Below, piece after piece: positions 1 to 12,985 of a stretch of 56,378 bases of DNA. Made by a program: the position numbers and the translations under genes. The stretch covers positions 218,056,960 to 218,113,337 of the forward strand of contig NC_058134.1 in NCBI RefSeq assembly GCF_016433145.1, written 5' to 3'. Under the pieces are notes generated by a model. The model was not told the DNA's origin. It was given only the letters and a program-made list of their open reading frames with translations, and made no database searches. The stretch comes from Gracilinanus agilis (lineage: Eukaryota). Every line of letters starts with the position of its first letter. Within the stretch, counting starts at the first letter, position 1.

Positions 1-12
1 TGTATAAGAGAC

Positions 13-14
<2 letters not shown>

Positions 15-93
<79 letters not shown>
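15..93. repeat. (CT)n-(CA)n compound microsatellite
   Basis: Direct reading. Confidence 0.95.
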
Positions 94-96
<3 letters not shown>

Positions 97-356
97 TCCT
101 GCATTGCAGTCCAATAGGATGAGTAGCTATTTTCTCGCCTTCTCTTATCCTCTATCATATATATGGGTGGGCCAGTCCCACCCACAACTAGAAAGTGCTT
201 GCTCTGCCCAGGTGGAGATCTTTCTCTTCTTTAAAGATCCAGTTCTGGTGCCCCTTCTTTTAGGAAGCTTTCCTGAGATCCTTGGTGAGAAGTAAACTTC
301 CCCTCTTCATAATCCTTAAAACCCTTTTTCAAGGACCTGCCCTTATCACACTCTGT

Positions 357-520
357 CTTCTATCTTATCTATCATACCTATCATATCTATCTAATCTATC
401 TATCTGTCTGTCTATCTGTCTATCCATCCATTCATTCTATCTATCCATTAATCCAGTCACAGCTATCCATTCATCCATCCATCCATATTTATCCATTTAT
501 CTATCATCCATGTTATCCAA
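357..520. repeat. (TCTA/TCCA)n degenerate tetranucleotide tract
   Basis: Direct reading. Confidence 0.85.
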
Positions 521-725
521 CAGTCTCTCTCCCTCTCCCTTTTTTCCTTTCCCCTGGCCCTCCCTCCATCTCTCTGTCTCTCTCTTTGTCTCTCTGTCAC
601 TGTCTCTGTCTCTTTCTCTCATATTCCCCAAGTCAACTATAAGTTCAAGGAGAACATCTCCAAGTCTTTCAGTTTAATTCCTAAAAACACATATTCCACC
701 CATCACCTACCTCCATTTTGCCCTA

Positions 726-923
<198 letters not shown>

Positions 924-3144
924 CTAGGGAAAGAAGGGGCAGAACACCCAGAATATGCAGTGAAACAGCACCATGCAAAGGAAAGAATGGTGGATTTGGA
1001 GAGGGTTCAAATCCCACCTGTGACTTTTGTGGCCTTGGGAAAGTCACTGACCTTCCCTGAGCATCCGTTTCATTATCTGTAAAATGAGGGAGCTGGGCTG
1101 AGATCCCTTCCAGGGCTAGATCTGTGATTCTATGATTTTCGTGGACTTCACTTTCCTCATTGATAAAATAAGGAGGTTAGACTGAATACCTCAGAGGTCC
1201 CTTCTAGCTCTCACTCTATTCTCCTAGAAACCTATAAAAAGTTTCAAAATACCTTCCCCATGTAAGTGAAATTCTGTAAGGAAAAGCAATTTGTAAACAT
1301 ATGGTACTAAATAAATGTCAGTTATTACTAGCAGTACCCTCATGCCATGATTAGCCATTCTCTCGCTCACATTATCCTAACAATCCTGTGTGCTAGGTGG
1401 TTCAAGCGCTTGTCATTTCCATTTTCCAGATGAGGAAGCGAAGGCCCAGATAAGTCAGTGACTTGCCCAAGGTCACAGAGCTAATCCCTGGCTGAGCCAG
1501 GATGTGAGCCCTTGTCTCCTGATTCCCCATCCAGTTGCTATGAAAGGCACTCTGGAGGTTGTCTCTAGAGCATTTTACAAGTCTTTCCAAAGAAGACTCC
1601 TCTGTCCTCCAAATCAAACCCTGGGGCTCAGAGGCCGCTTTCCATTTTTCTTAACCTCCTTTTCTTCCATCTCTCCAATGGAGAGATTTGGGCTCATTTC
1701 CTCCCAGGAGCTATCTTGGATTTAGCAGGATCTAATAGACCATCCAATCCAGTCCTCCCACTTTACAGATGAGGAAACTGAGGTCTAGAGAATGACTTGC
1801 CTGAGGTTCCATAGCTAGTAAGAGGAAGAACCAGAACTCATAGATTCCATACTAATATGGACCAGGTCATCATTTTAAAAAAACATTTACTTTCCATCTT
1901 AGAACTGATACTAAGCATTGGTTCCAAAGCAGAAGATCAGTAAGGCCTAGGCCTTTAGGGTTCAGTGACTTGCCCAGGCTCACACAGCTAAGAAGTGTCT
2001 GAGGTTAGATTTTTCCACTGAGCCACCTAGCTGCCCCCCAAGACATCTCTTTATATCCTTCCACCTCCATCCCTCATCTAGACTCTGAAGCTTAAGAGCC
2101 GATCCCATCCCTTCCACAAAGCAGTCATGTAGGCTCCCTCCAGCACACTCAGGGCCTGAATGAGAATAATATGATACTAATTGCATTTTAAGTTCATAGT
2201 CATAGATGCTTAGAGCTAGAAGGACCCTTAGAGATCATGATCACTTAGTCTAACCCTTCATTTGACAGCTGAGGAAACTGAGCTCTACAGAGGTTAATAA
2301 ATTTACCTAATGTCACATATAGAATCGTAACTCTAGAGCTGGAAGTCCGAAGTCAACTATCTCCTTCATTTTACAGATGAGAGAACTGAGATCCAGGTTA
2401 AGTGACTTGGCTAAGGTCACCCATTTATAAAGGGGCAGTTTGGGAACTCAAATCTAGATCTCCCAATGCCAAGTCTAGGCTGTGCTCTCTTTACTGCCAA
2501 AGCACTTGGCCTCATCTAGGAGAGGCAGGGATGGTTTCATTTTTTCCTTTGTGTCCTCAATGCCCAACCCAGATTAAAAGTAACTGCCATTCTGTTCTCG
2601 TATTCATAACAAGCCGCCTGTGGTAGGAAGAGACAGCTGTCATTAGCACAACCTCCCTTAATGCCAGCCCTTTTCCACTGTTCACTACTTCCTATTGATC
2701 CTGCATAGATTGGTTTGCACGTTGCCTCTCCAATAAGATCAGAAGCTCCTTGAAGTGGCAGAGATGGTTTTTTTCCTCTTTTTGAATCCTCAGCCCTTAG
2801 TACACTGCCTGGCATAGTAGGCACATAAGGAATGTTGATTGACTGAATAATTCATTGATTGATAGCATCAAACTATGAAGGAGGCAGAAGTCCAGGAACA
2901 ACCAAGGACTTCACTCTGATTAGAATCAAATTGGTGACAATCAAACCAGGATTCCATTTGAGCCAGGTCTCCTGGGTCCTGAGCCAAGGGACTTCTATCT
3001 TCTGGTACCTTTGCTCCAAGGACCTCTCTGAGTCCACTAAAGGCTGGTTTTTTCACCCCATGGGTAAACAACTTCAGCATTTGGATAGAAATAGTCCCTC
3101 CTATCACTACCAGTAACCCCCCCCCTTTCCTTCTTTCTCTCTCA

Positions 3145-3336
<192 letters not shown>

Positions 3337-4643
3337 CTAATTCTCTTTCCCAGGGGTGTGGGGCTTCCTTCCTCTCAAGCCAGATTCCTGCCTCAGTGGA
3401 GTGAGGGACTGGAGCCCTAGGGATCTTGGATTCCCCAGGTCTGATGGCTTCCAGATGCAATGAAGAGAGTTTGAATCGGGGTCTCCGGGGCCTGGGGTGG
3501 AATCCAGACTTGGTTTGTGAGGAGTTGTATGATCTGGGAAAATTTGCAGCCTCTCCAAGTCACATCTCTAAAATGAATGGGGTACACGAAATGATCTCTC
3601 CAATTGGACTTTAAATCAATGGCCCTATAATTATGAGCATGAGCCCAATTCTGCAAGGTCAAGGTCACTGCCCTGTGGCCTTGGGGAGGACAATTCCCCC
3701 CCTGCCCTCCCTGGACCTCAGTTTCCTCATATATAAAATGAAGGAGTTGAAATAGACTGACTCTAAGGTCTTTTCCATCTCCTAATGCATGCTTTCTAAT
3801 TACTTACCTTTTCTCATGCAGTTGCCTAGTTATCTCACCTTAAGAAAAAGTGCCAGAGGATAGCTAGGCAAATCAATAGATAGAGAGCCAGGCCTGGAGC
3901 TGGGAAGTCCTGGGTTCAAATCTGGCCACAGAGGTTTCCTAGCTGTGTGATCCCTAACCCCCATTGCCTAGCCCTTACCACTCTTCTGTCTTAGAATTGG
4001 TTCTAAGAAAGTAAAGGCTTGGAAAAAAAAAAGAACTTAATAGACCTTCAAGCATTTTCTTAACAAAACCCCTCATGAGGCTGGCAAATGCAAAAATGAT
4101 ACTCATCTGACAGATAAGGAAACTAAGGCTCAAACAGATGAAGACAAATGTGAGGCCTTTCAGCCATTAAGTTGCAAGGTCCTGTCTCAAACTTGAGTCA
4201 CAGAATCTCAGCATTAGAAGGGATCTCCAATTTCTTCAGCTCATTCCATGCCTGAAGAGAAATCCTCCCTTATAACACCTCTGACAAGGGGTCACCCAAT
4301 TCCTCTTCGAAGCTATCCAGTGATAAGACACCAATCAGTCAACGGAGAAGCTTCTGTTCAGCTCTTAAGACAGGGAGGGCCAGATCAAGCTCTTTCCACT
4401 TCCCACATTAGGACAAAGGGGTCAGAGACTTCTCAGCCCTTGGGCATGTCTTAGCAGCTGTAAATCCTCTCTTTAGAGGGAGTCCTGGCTGGCTCTCCCT
4501 GGGCTGGGGCAGGGAGGCTGGGGACTGCCCCAGGCGACAGTCTGGGGATTGGGAGCTGCCAGAAGCCCAGAACACGTAAACAGGGATTGGCACCATCTAT
4601 TATCCCTCTGGTATTAGTGCTGAGGGCCCCAAAGCTCACTCAC

Positions 4644-4645
<2 letters not shown>

Positions 4646-4691
<46 letters not shown>
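4646..4691. repeat. (GT)n microsatellite
   Basis: Direct reading. Confidence 0.95.
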
Positions 4692-4693
<2 letters not shown>

Positions 4694-5244
4694 CACTGAA
4701 GGCAAGGAAATATTCATAAAATCGTAGGATATAGAGCTAGGAAGGACCTCAAGAGGCCAACCAGTCCCATCTTCTCATTTTACAGATGAGAAAACTGAGC
4801 CCCAGAGAGAGGAAATTTCATAGGATTGTAGACCCACAGTTAAAAGGGACCTCATGGGTCTTGGGTCATCTTGTCTATTACCCCCATTTTACAGCTAAGG
4901 AAACTGAGGGCCAAGGAGGAAAGAGGAATTGCCCAGCATCACACAAATGGTGTCGGTGGGGGGATTTGAAGCCAAGCCTTCTTCCTCTAGAATCAGCCCT
5001 CATTCCCCTGTACCTTCTTGAGGTGAGAAGCCCAGTAAGTGCTTAGCTATTAGACTGGGCTCTGTAATCACTGGCCTTCCACTGGCTGGAGAGTTACTAT
5101 TGCATCCTCAAAGAGCCCTTGACTTGGGATCAAAAGCTTCACTGCCTGCTACCTTCAGGGCCCCAAGTCCAAGGTTAAGTCATTCCAAGTTCATCCAGAC
5201 CTGATTAGGAATCCTCCCTACAACAATCCTGTTCTAGAATTTCC

Positions 5245-5870
5245 TCCCCTATAAAATGATTGTTTTAGAGAAATCTGGGAAGACTTGTATGAACTGATTC
5301 AGAGTGGAGTGAGCAGAACTGTTTAAAATGAACAACTTTAGGGGGCAAGTGAGTGGCTCAATGAATGGAGAGCCAGGCCTAGAGAAGGGAGGTCCTCACT
5401 TCAAATCTGGCCTCAGATGCTGCCCAGCTGTGTACCTGAGCAAGTCCCTTAACCCCCATGGCCTAGCCCTTACCTCTCTTCTGCCTTAGAACCAATACAT
5501 AGTATTGATTCTAAGATAGACGGTAAGGGTTCTTACAAAATAAACAACTTTGAAAGCTGAAAGGACTAGGATTAACTCAAAAGCCAACCATGATCTCAAA
5601 GGACCAGTAGCAATCCACACTGTCCATACACATCAGAGATCTGCATCAATATGCAGAAGGAGACAAACATTTTTTGGACAGGGTGAATGAAGAATAGGAT
5701 TTTTCTTTTTGCTAAACTATACCTATTTGTGAAATGTCTTTATTTTTGCTAGGCTAAACCCATTTGCTGCATTTCTTTCATTTATGTATTTATTTTTTGG
5801 TTTAGAGGAAAGGGGAAGGGAAGAGAAAATAAAACCTTATTAATTAGGAAAGGCATTTAAAAATGAGGGG
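5245..5870 (+). mobile_element. Old LINE-1 3' fragment interrupted by a SINE1 (5341-5537)
   Basis: gaagacttgtatgaactgattcagagtggagtgagcagaac resembles the ORF2 tail; the SINE is flanked by an aaaat(g/a)aacaacttt duplication. Confidence 0.65.
5341..5537 (+). mobile_element. SINE1-type SINE
   Basis: gggggcaagtgagtggctca...gtaagggtt pattern shared with the other copies. Confidence 0.85.
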
Positions 5871-6979
5871 TGAAGAGAAATCAGAGCTGGTCTGAAGTAC
5901 ATCATCTCTGGGGTCCTTCAGACTCTATTTCATTTCATACTGATTTGTTCCATTTCCACCCCAAGCACCCCACCCTTGATTTCATGAAAGGCACTATGGT
6001 ATAATAAAGAGTACATCAAACTTAAGAGTCATGGAACACCCTGGTTTGAATGCTGCCTCAGACACTGGCTAGCTGTGTGACCTTGAACAAGTCAACTCCC
6101 ACTTTAATTTCTCTATCTGTAAAACGAGGGAGTGGTACTCAATGCCATCTAAAGTTTCTTCCAGTTCTAAAGCTAGATTGTTTGAGCCTAAGATTCTGGC
6201 CTGCCCGCTTTGATACAAATGTGGGCCCCTCCTAGGGTCAAAGGGTGAAGGCCCCACATTCATAATTACAGAATTTCAACCCATACTCAAACAGGAATCC
6301 TCATTCCCCTCGCTAAAGCCCATGACATGTAGCTACCTGGCCTCTTTTGGAGACCATCAGAGACGGGGAACTCTCTTCCCCCACTATGGTAGCCCATCCC
6401 CAAAAAGAGCCATCTTTTTTCCCCCTTTTTCCCTTATTCTACATTGTTATGTGCCCCTTAGGAAAGAGTCTTGTATGGGTGCGAGGTAGGTGAAGGAGCT
6501 ATCAGGAGACCTGGGTTCTAGCCATGACCCCTGCCAACCTGCTTCATTATTCGGGGGCTGTAAAACAAGTTAAAACACACCTTCTCGAGAATTTCGAGGA
6601 GCTGTTGTTGTTCAGGCATTTCCAGCCATGCCTGACTCTTCCTGACCCCGCGTGGGGCTTTCTTGACAGAGACACTGGCGTGGTCGGCCACTTCCTTAAC
6701 TCAAGTAAACAGGGTTAAGTGACTGGCCCACAGCCACGTAGCCAGTAAATTTACATTTATAAAATTACAGCTGAAAGATATTTTAGAGACAATTTAAGCC
6801 AACTCCCTTTTGGTGAGGACAAGCTATGGCAGAGCCTGGATTAGAACTTTGGTTTTCGAACTCCAGAGCCAAAGATAGTAAATAATAAAGCCTCTGAAAG
6901 AAAAGCCATCTTATAGTTCATTTAGTCCAAACTCTACCTAACAGTACCCATCATGTTCCCAATAAAAGGATATTATATA

Positions 6980-7130
6980 TGGAAATAGGTCTGGATCAAT
7001 GACATGTAAAACCCAGTGGAATTGCTCGTTGGCTACGGGAGGGGGTTGGGAGGAGGGGAGGGGAGGGAAAGAACATGAATCATGTAACCATGGGAAAATA
7101 TTCTAAAATAAATAAATAAGTTTAAAAAAT
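6980..7130 (+). mobile_element. Short LINE-1 3' UTR tip
   Basis: gacatgtaaaacccagtggaa...G-rich tract...catgtaaccatgg...aataaataaa is homologous to the 3' ends of the L1 copies at 21054 and 24877. Confidence 0.8.
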
Positions 7131-7496
7131 TTAAGCGTATTATATCCCCTTGTATTTACCTTGTAGTCACTTGCCTGATTCCCCACTCATCCCCCTTCCT
7201 AGTGTTTAGTAAATTCTTTGTGAGCAGATTAGAGAGAGAACATAGAAACAGAATACAGAACTTTCTGAAGTCAGAAAGACCTGAGTTCAAATCCTCTCAG
7301 GACTTCCTAAATATTTTACTTCAGGCAATTTCATATAAATCTCTCAGTGTCTCGGTTTCCCCATCTGTAAAATGGGGATAATAATAGCATGTACTTCTCA
7401 GAATTGTTGTGAGGATCAAATGAGTTAAAATATGTAAAAATACTTTGTAAATCTTAGAGTACAATATAAATGCTAAATGCTCACTATTATGATTAC

Positions 7497-7710
7497 GGGG
7501 CAGTTAGGTGACTCAGTGGATACAGGATTGGCCCTGGAATCAGGAAGATGAGTCTTCCTGAGTTCAAATCCAGCCTCAGACACTTAGTAGGAGTGACCCT
7601 GGGAAAATCACTTCACCCTGTTTGCCTCAGTTTCCTCATCTGTCAAATGAGCTGGAGAAGGTGAACCACTCCAGGATCTCTGCCAACAACTGAAATGAAA
7701 TAACAACAAA
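7497..7710 (+). mobile_element. MAR1-type CORE-SINE
   Basis: CORE followed by the RTE-like tail gagctggagaagg...accactcc...caacaa. Confidence 0.7.
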
Positions 7711-7731
7711 AGATTCTTGTTCCTTTCAAAG

Positions 7732-7926
7732 CATGGGTTCTTATTCCAGAATCCATGGATAAATTTCAGAGGGCCCACAAACTATGGGGAAAATTGCATC
7801 TTTATTTTCACAAATTCCTGACTTAAAATTGGCATTTCATTCAATTATCTAAAAACCTTCTGAGAAGGGGGACCAATAATTTCCATCAGACTACCATAAG
7901 GGTCCATCAAAGGTTAAGAACTCCTG
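7732..7926. mobile_element. Old hAT-Charlie-like MITE
   Basis: gggttctta...ggttaagaactcctg termini; similar pieces at ~23340-23520 and ~25570-26165. Confidence 0.45.
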
Positions 7927-9261
7927 TTCTAAATCCTAAAAAGTCACTTTAAATCTCTGGGCCTCAGTCTCCTCATCTGTCAAAAGGAGGATCTAGAAGG
8001 TGCCCGAGTCCTTATAGTTCTGGGAGACTGATGCTTATGGAGAGAGGTGTGACCTTTGGTAAGTCACAAATTTTGCTCAACCTCTTATTCCCCTTCTGAC
8101 AAAGGAGGGAGTTGGACTTGAGAGCCTTGAAGGTTCAGTTTGTGAGCCATATACTGTGATCCCAAGGATCCAGTTCTACCAACACTACTGTGTGTTGTGT
8201 CTTCAAGGAATGGGCTATATCTAGGCAGGAAGGAGGCGAGGCAGCCCAGTCCCACAGGGGCAGGTGGGACTCCAAACAGAAGAGGACTCCATGGCTCTGC
8301 CCCACCCAGGATTCAAATCAGTCCCTAAATCAACAGAGAAATTGGAGCCAGAAGGGGAAAGAACAAGGTCTTCCACCACACCCATTCCTCCAACCCAGGT
8401 GAGTCCCAAAGAGAGTTTCAACTCCATCACTGCCTTCCCAGGAAGCTGGAAAGCGTGGGAGTGGGGAGAAGCTGTCTGCCAAGTTGCACTCTCCCAGCCC
8501 TTTTGTATGTCTCTTTCTGGCCTTACATGCAGCCCATTCCCCAGACAATGCGAGGCCACCAGCCCTGGGGCTCCTGGGAGTTCAGTCCCTGCTGCCTCAT
8601 CTGGGGTGTGTTTCTTAGCAGCGGTTACTTCTGGGAGGGGAAGTGGAGAACAAGGCCAGGCCCAGGCTTCCTCTCAGTCCTCCAGGCTCAAAGGGATTTA
8701 AAGCTGGAAGGGCTTTGACATCATTTTTGACAGATGAGGATGGGAGGATCAGGGGAAAGAGGCTTACTGGTTCTGGCATCCAAGAACTTGGGTTCAAATC
8801 CTACCACTGAGGCTTCCTATCTGTGTGACTTTGGTCAAATCATTTAACCTCTATAAGCTTCAGTTTCCTTATTAGTAAAAGGAGGGGGCCGAACTAGATG
8901 GCTTGTGAGTTCCAAGGCCAAGGGTGACAATGCCAGAATTTGGATTTTTGAGCATTCCTGGGAATGGTAGCCCTAGGCTGCCGAAGGTTCCAGCTGACAT
9001 TGGGGTGAGTGGTGCTAAATTTAGAGGGCACTGAAGAGTCTGGCAGTCTTCTGGCAAGTTGTTCCCTTTCCCCATTCCCTGTAGTAGGCCTATGCTAGTT
9101 GTCTGGGGTCTCTTATTGTCCCCCACAGGGCAATATTCCATCCTCCACTCAATTAAAACTGCTTTTCATTCCACTTGCTCAAGGGGAGGAATAAGCATAA
9201 CAATTTCTAGTTATAGCTCTAGGTCCCAGGATCAATCAATACAGCCCCAGGAGCAAGTTTA

Positions 9262-9417
<156 letters not shown>

Positions 9418-9517
9418 CTAGAGACCAGAAAGAAGTGATGAAGCAAGTAATTGGCCTCCTTCCCACTTCCATGATTCTCCAGCTCTCTCTGACTTCTGAA
9501 AACTCTTTTTAACAAAA

Positions 9518-9521
9518 TCTC

Positions 9522-9578
<57 letters not shown>

Positions 9579-9595
9579 TATACACATATGCACAC
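9518..9595. repeat. (TCTG)-(TC)-(CA) compound microsatellite in KCTD17 intron 1
   Basis: Direct reading. Confidence 0.9.
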
Positions 9596-9874
9596 AAACC
9601 CAGAAGAATCACTACATGCAGTGGGAAGAACACTAGATTTTGAGTCAGGTTCAAGTCCTTACTTCCTATGTAGCGACAGGAAAAGCACATTTCTCCTCTT
9701 GGGGGCTCAGGGCCCGTATTGTCAAATGAGGAAGATGGACCTCTAAGGTCCGTTTCCGACCTAGGACCCATGATCCTCGGCCGTCAGGGACCATTTCATA
9801 TTGGTTTCTGTAAAGCTTCCATGCCTAGAATAGGACCCTGCACAGAGCATGCCTTCATTTCCCATTGATGGAGT

Positions 9875-10520
9875 CAAGTCAGCAAGCATTTATTAAGAGC
9901 CTTCTATTTGCTAGACATTGTACTAAATGCTAAGGATACAAAGGGCAAAAGATAGTCCCTGCCCTCCAGGAGCTCCTGGTCTAAAAGGGGAGACACTGCA
10001 GACAGCCTTAGAGGAAAGACACTGGCATTGAGGCTGGCCAGGGAAGGCCTCTTACAGAAGGTGAGAGTATAGCTGGCATTCAGAGGAAGCCAGGAGGCAG
10101 AAGCAAGGAGGAAGAATGCTCCAGGTATGGAGGAAAGCTGGACAAAATGCTCTGAATCAGATGGAGTGTCACTGGCCTGGGGTTGGGGAGTAAGGTGTAA
10201 GAAGAATGGAATGGTGGGAAGGGACCCAATGGGGAAGGGCTCTAAATGCCAAGCAGAAGATGTGATATTTTCTCCTGGAGATAATAGGGAGCCACTGAAA
10301 TTGATTGACTTGGGGACAGAGGTGTGACTTGATCTGTCCTAGATTTAAAGAAGGTCAGTCAGATTACTGAATGGAAGAGAGACTGATGTGGGGAAAGGTT
10401 GGAGACAGAAACCAACTAGTAGGCTGCTACTAAGTCCAAAAGTGAGGCAATAAGGGCCTGGCCTAAAGTAGTGGCATTGTCAGAATACAGAAAGGAGAAA
10501 AAAGAGACTGAGGAGTTGAA
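9875..10520 (-). mobile_element. LINE-2 relic
   Basis: caagcatttattaag...ggatacaaa...gtccctgccctccaggagctc L2 3'-end signature; others at ~2630-2860(+) and ~38175-38300(-). Confidence 0.65.
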
Positions 10521-12256
10521 GGCGACATTTTTTTCACAGGGAAGGCCAAGGAAGGCATAAGTAATGAAATCTGGAACTTGGAAGGACCTGAGTCCAGCTC
10601 CCTTATTTTACAAATGAAGGAAGCTGAGGCCCAGAAGTGACTTGCCCAAGATCACACAGTAAGTGGAGGAGCTAGAATTCCAAACCAGGTCTTTTGATTT
10701 TCAAACCCAGTGCCTTTTTCCATTACCCCATGATCACTTCCATTCCCAGAGGGGAGGCTACCAAGTTTTACTATTGTGGCAGTTTCTGTCCCAGGCTCCC
10801 GTAGGTGTCTGGATTGGGGAAAGCGGGTCTTTGGTCCCAGGCTCTATCATTCCCCTGCTCAATCTTACTTCTGGAATCAAAGCTGCCACAGTGCTAGGAT
10901 GCTAGACAGCCTGAATTTGCTAGCTTACCTTCACTTGCCTTCCTATTCCTCATCTCTTGGGGCCCCTGGCCATCAGGCTAGGAGGGATTCCAATAAAGTG
11001 GGGACACAGAAGAGATTAATGTAGAATGGTTAAGCTTAAGACAGCACTAAGACCTTTGGGACACGGAGTATTTCCATTTTATAGAGGAGGAAACAGACAT
11101 ACAGGGTGAGTGACTTGTCCCAAGGTCAAGGCAATGATCATCTGCTATGTCTGGACCAAGGCCCAGATGTCCCGGCTCCTTCTGGTCCAAGGTTCTTGCC
11201 ATTGTACCCTTCTACCGCAAATGTGCTTTCAGATTCTTGGCTCTGCTACTGATTTATTTATGTAACCTTGGGCAAGTCACTTCCCCTCTGGAGGACTCAG
11301 TTTTCCTTTTCTGTAAAACTGAGAGAGGCGGGTAGACTGGATAATCCATTCCAAACTGGAAGGGAACTCTGATCTCATCCAGTGCAATCCCTTGCAGACT
11401 GGGAAAGTAAGGTCCAGGCAGATTAAGGGAATTGCACATGGGTCACCCCCCTGCTAAGCCTCTGAAGGTGAATTTGAATTTAGGACCCCTGACTCCGGAG
11501 TCACTGCACTTTAAAGATTTCCTTCCCGATTCAGATGCCATCACTGAAATCCTCCCTGATCCATCTTTTGGATCCTCTCCCGGAGCAGCTCACTCACTGG
11601 CCACGGATGACTCCTCCTCCGCACCCCACCCCCCTCCCAAAACAGGGGAGAACCAACTTCGGCCATTTGCGAGTTGGTGGGTGGATTAGGAAGGTCAGAA
11701 AGGGGCCCGCGCGAACCCGAGCCCCTTCCCACACACACTTACTCACTTTCTCAGTCCGCCCCCTCCCCCCCAACAGCTGTGGAGGAGGGGAGGAGAGAGA
11801 GGGAGGTGGGAGGCGGTGCATCACCTCTTCCCGGCTAGTCGGAGGAGGAAGGAGAGGAGGCAGGAAACAGCTTGGAGAGGAATGAGCTGCTCTCTCCCAA
11901 ATGGTTTGGGGCCTCCTGCCAGCGCCAGGGTTGCCATGGAGAAGGGAATCGCATGCCACTCCCCCACCCCCCACCCCAGCCCCGAGCCCAGGCTTCCCCA
12001 CCATTCCCCGCCTCCAACTTCAAAAGAAAAGGAAGGGAGGAGGGGGGATGTTATTGTCCTGGGTCTGTGGGTGGGTGGGTAGTGAGGGGAGGGGGGCTCA
12101 CAGCTGTAGTTTCTGGGGGCAAAAGGGAGGTGCCCCCTCCCTCCTAACACACATACACACGCGCGCGCGCGATCACTTTTGCCTGAGCGCCCAGCCAGAG
12201 ATGCACCCCCGCCGCGCGCCGCGCCCGGACCCGCAGCCGGGACGGTTAAGCCTTAC

Positions 12257-12505
12257 CCGGTCCGACTGCAACTCCTCCCCCTGGCAGAGGCGGCTCAGAA
12301 AGGACTTCTGCTCCCTACACAGTGTCTGCCGGGTGGTCAGGAAGATCGTGCCCCCCACGTTGAGTCTGACCCACTTGCCCCAGCTGCCCGGGGGCCGCGC
12401 CGCAGCACCCCCGAGGCCCGAGCCGGTTGCAGGCACAGCTGGCGGCGCGTGGGGGCCCCGGGCCCGCTCGACCGCCTGCACTTCCCCAGCCGCTTCCATC
12501 CTCAT
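12257..12505 (-). CDS. KCTD17: KCTD17 coding exon 1 (MRMEAAGE...[42 protein letters not shown]), start of BTB/POZ domain
   Basis: Translation matches the KCTD17 N-terminus (MRME...[10 protein letters not shown]...QSDR). ATG at 12505; donor CGG|GTAAGG at 12256; 249 nt, phase 0; lies in a CpG island. Confidence 0.95.
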
Positions 12506-12578
12506 CTCTCTGCCCTCCTCTTCTGCATCCCTCCCCCTGCAGCCCAAGTGGAGGAGGCCTGGGCAGGTGTTGGGCGCT

Positions 12579-12603
12579 GGGGAATGCTGGGAGCTGTAGT
12601 TTG
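12579..12603 (-). promoter_or_regulatory. ZNF143/THAP11-type site (ACTACAnnTCCCAGCATTCC)
   Basis: Minus strand AAACTACAGCTCCCAGCATTCCCC matches the ACTACA-extended SBS motif, ~75 nt upstream of the KCTD17 ATG. Confidence 0.7.
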
Positions 12604-12985
12604 CTGGAGGCACGGAGCAAGGGGGTGCTGAAATAGCCAGGCCTGTGGGCAGGTGGGGGCAGGGAGGGGGAAAAGGAGGGATGCTCAGGGGAAGCTCACC
12701 CTGTTGTCCCCTTGCCTCTCCGGCCTCATCCAGTTCTGCCCATCCTAGGGCCAGGATCTTCATGCCTACTTCTGGGGGGTATCCCGGGCTGAGATGAGCA
12801 CATGGCAGCCAATCTCATCCCAGGCTCAAAGATAAACCCTCCCCAGGCAGTTCTTTACAGGAAAGCCCAAGTCTTCCCTAAACGAATAAAGCTTTCTCCA
12901 AAAAAAATCATCCAAGAGGCAGTAGTATCCCTTTACATGCACTCTGCCACAGATTTGGCAATCTGCTCTTTTGATTTCATCATTA

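Larger units (their letters stand above)
11700..12800 (-). promoter_or_regulatory. KCTD17: KCTD17 CpG-island promoter / first exon / proximal intron 1
   Basis: High GC and abundant CpG against a CpG-depleted background; overlaps exon 1. Confidence 0.8.

Noticed and set aside
8264-8701. 145-aa antisense ORF with CAG|GTGAGT donor in KCTD17 intron 2
   Set aside because: No domain similarity, promoter or partner exon evident.
11535-12631. Multiple long ORFs in the KCTD17 CpG island (e.g. 11901-12599)
   Set aside because: Low stop frequency in GC-rich DNA; Pro/Gly/Arg-rich with no recognisable domain.
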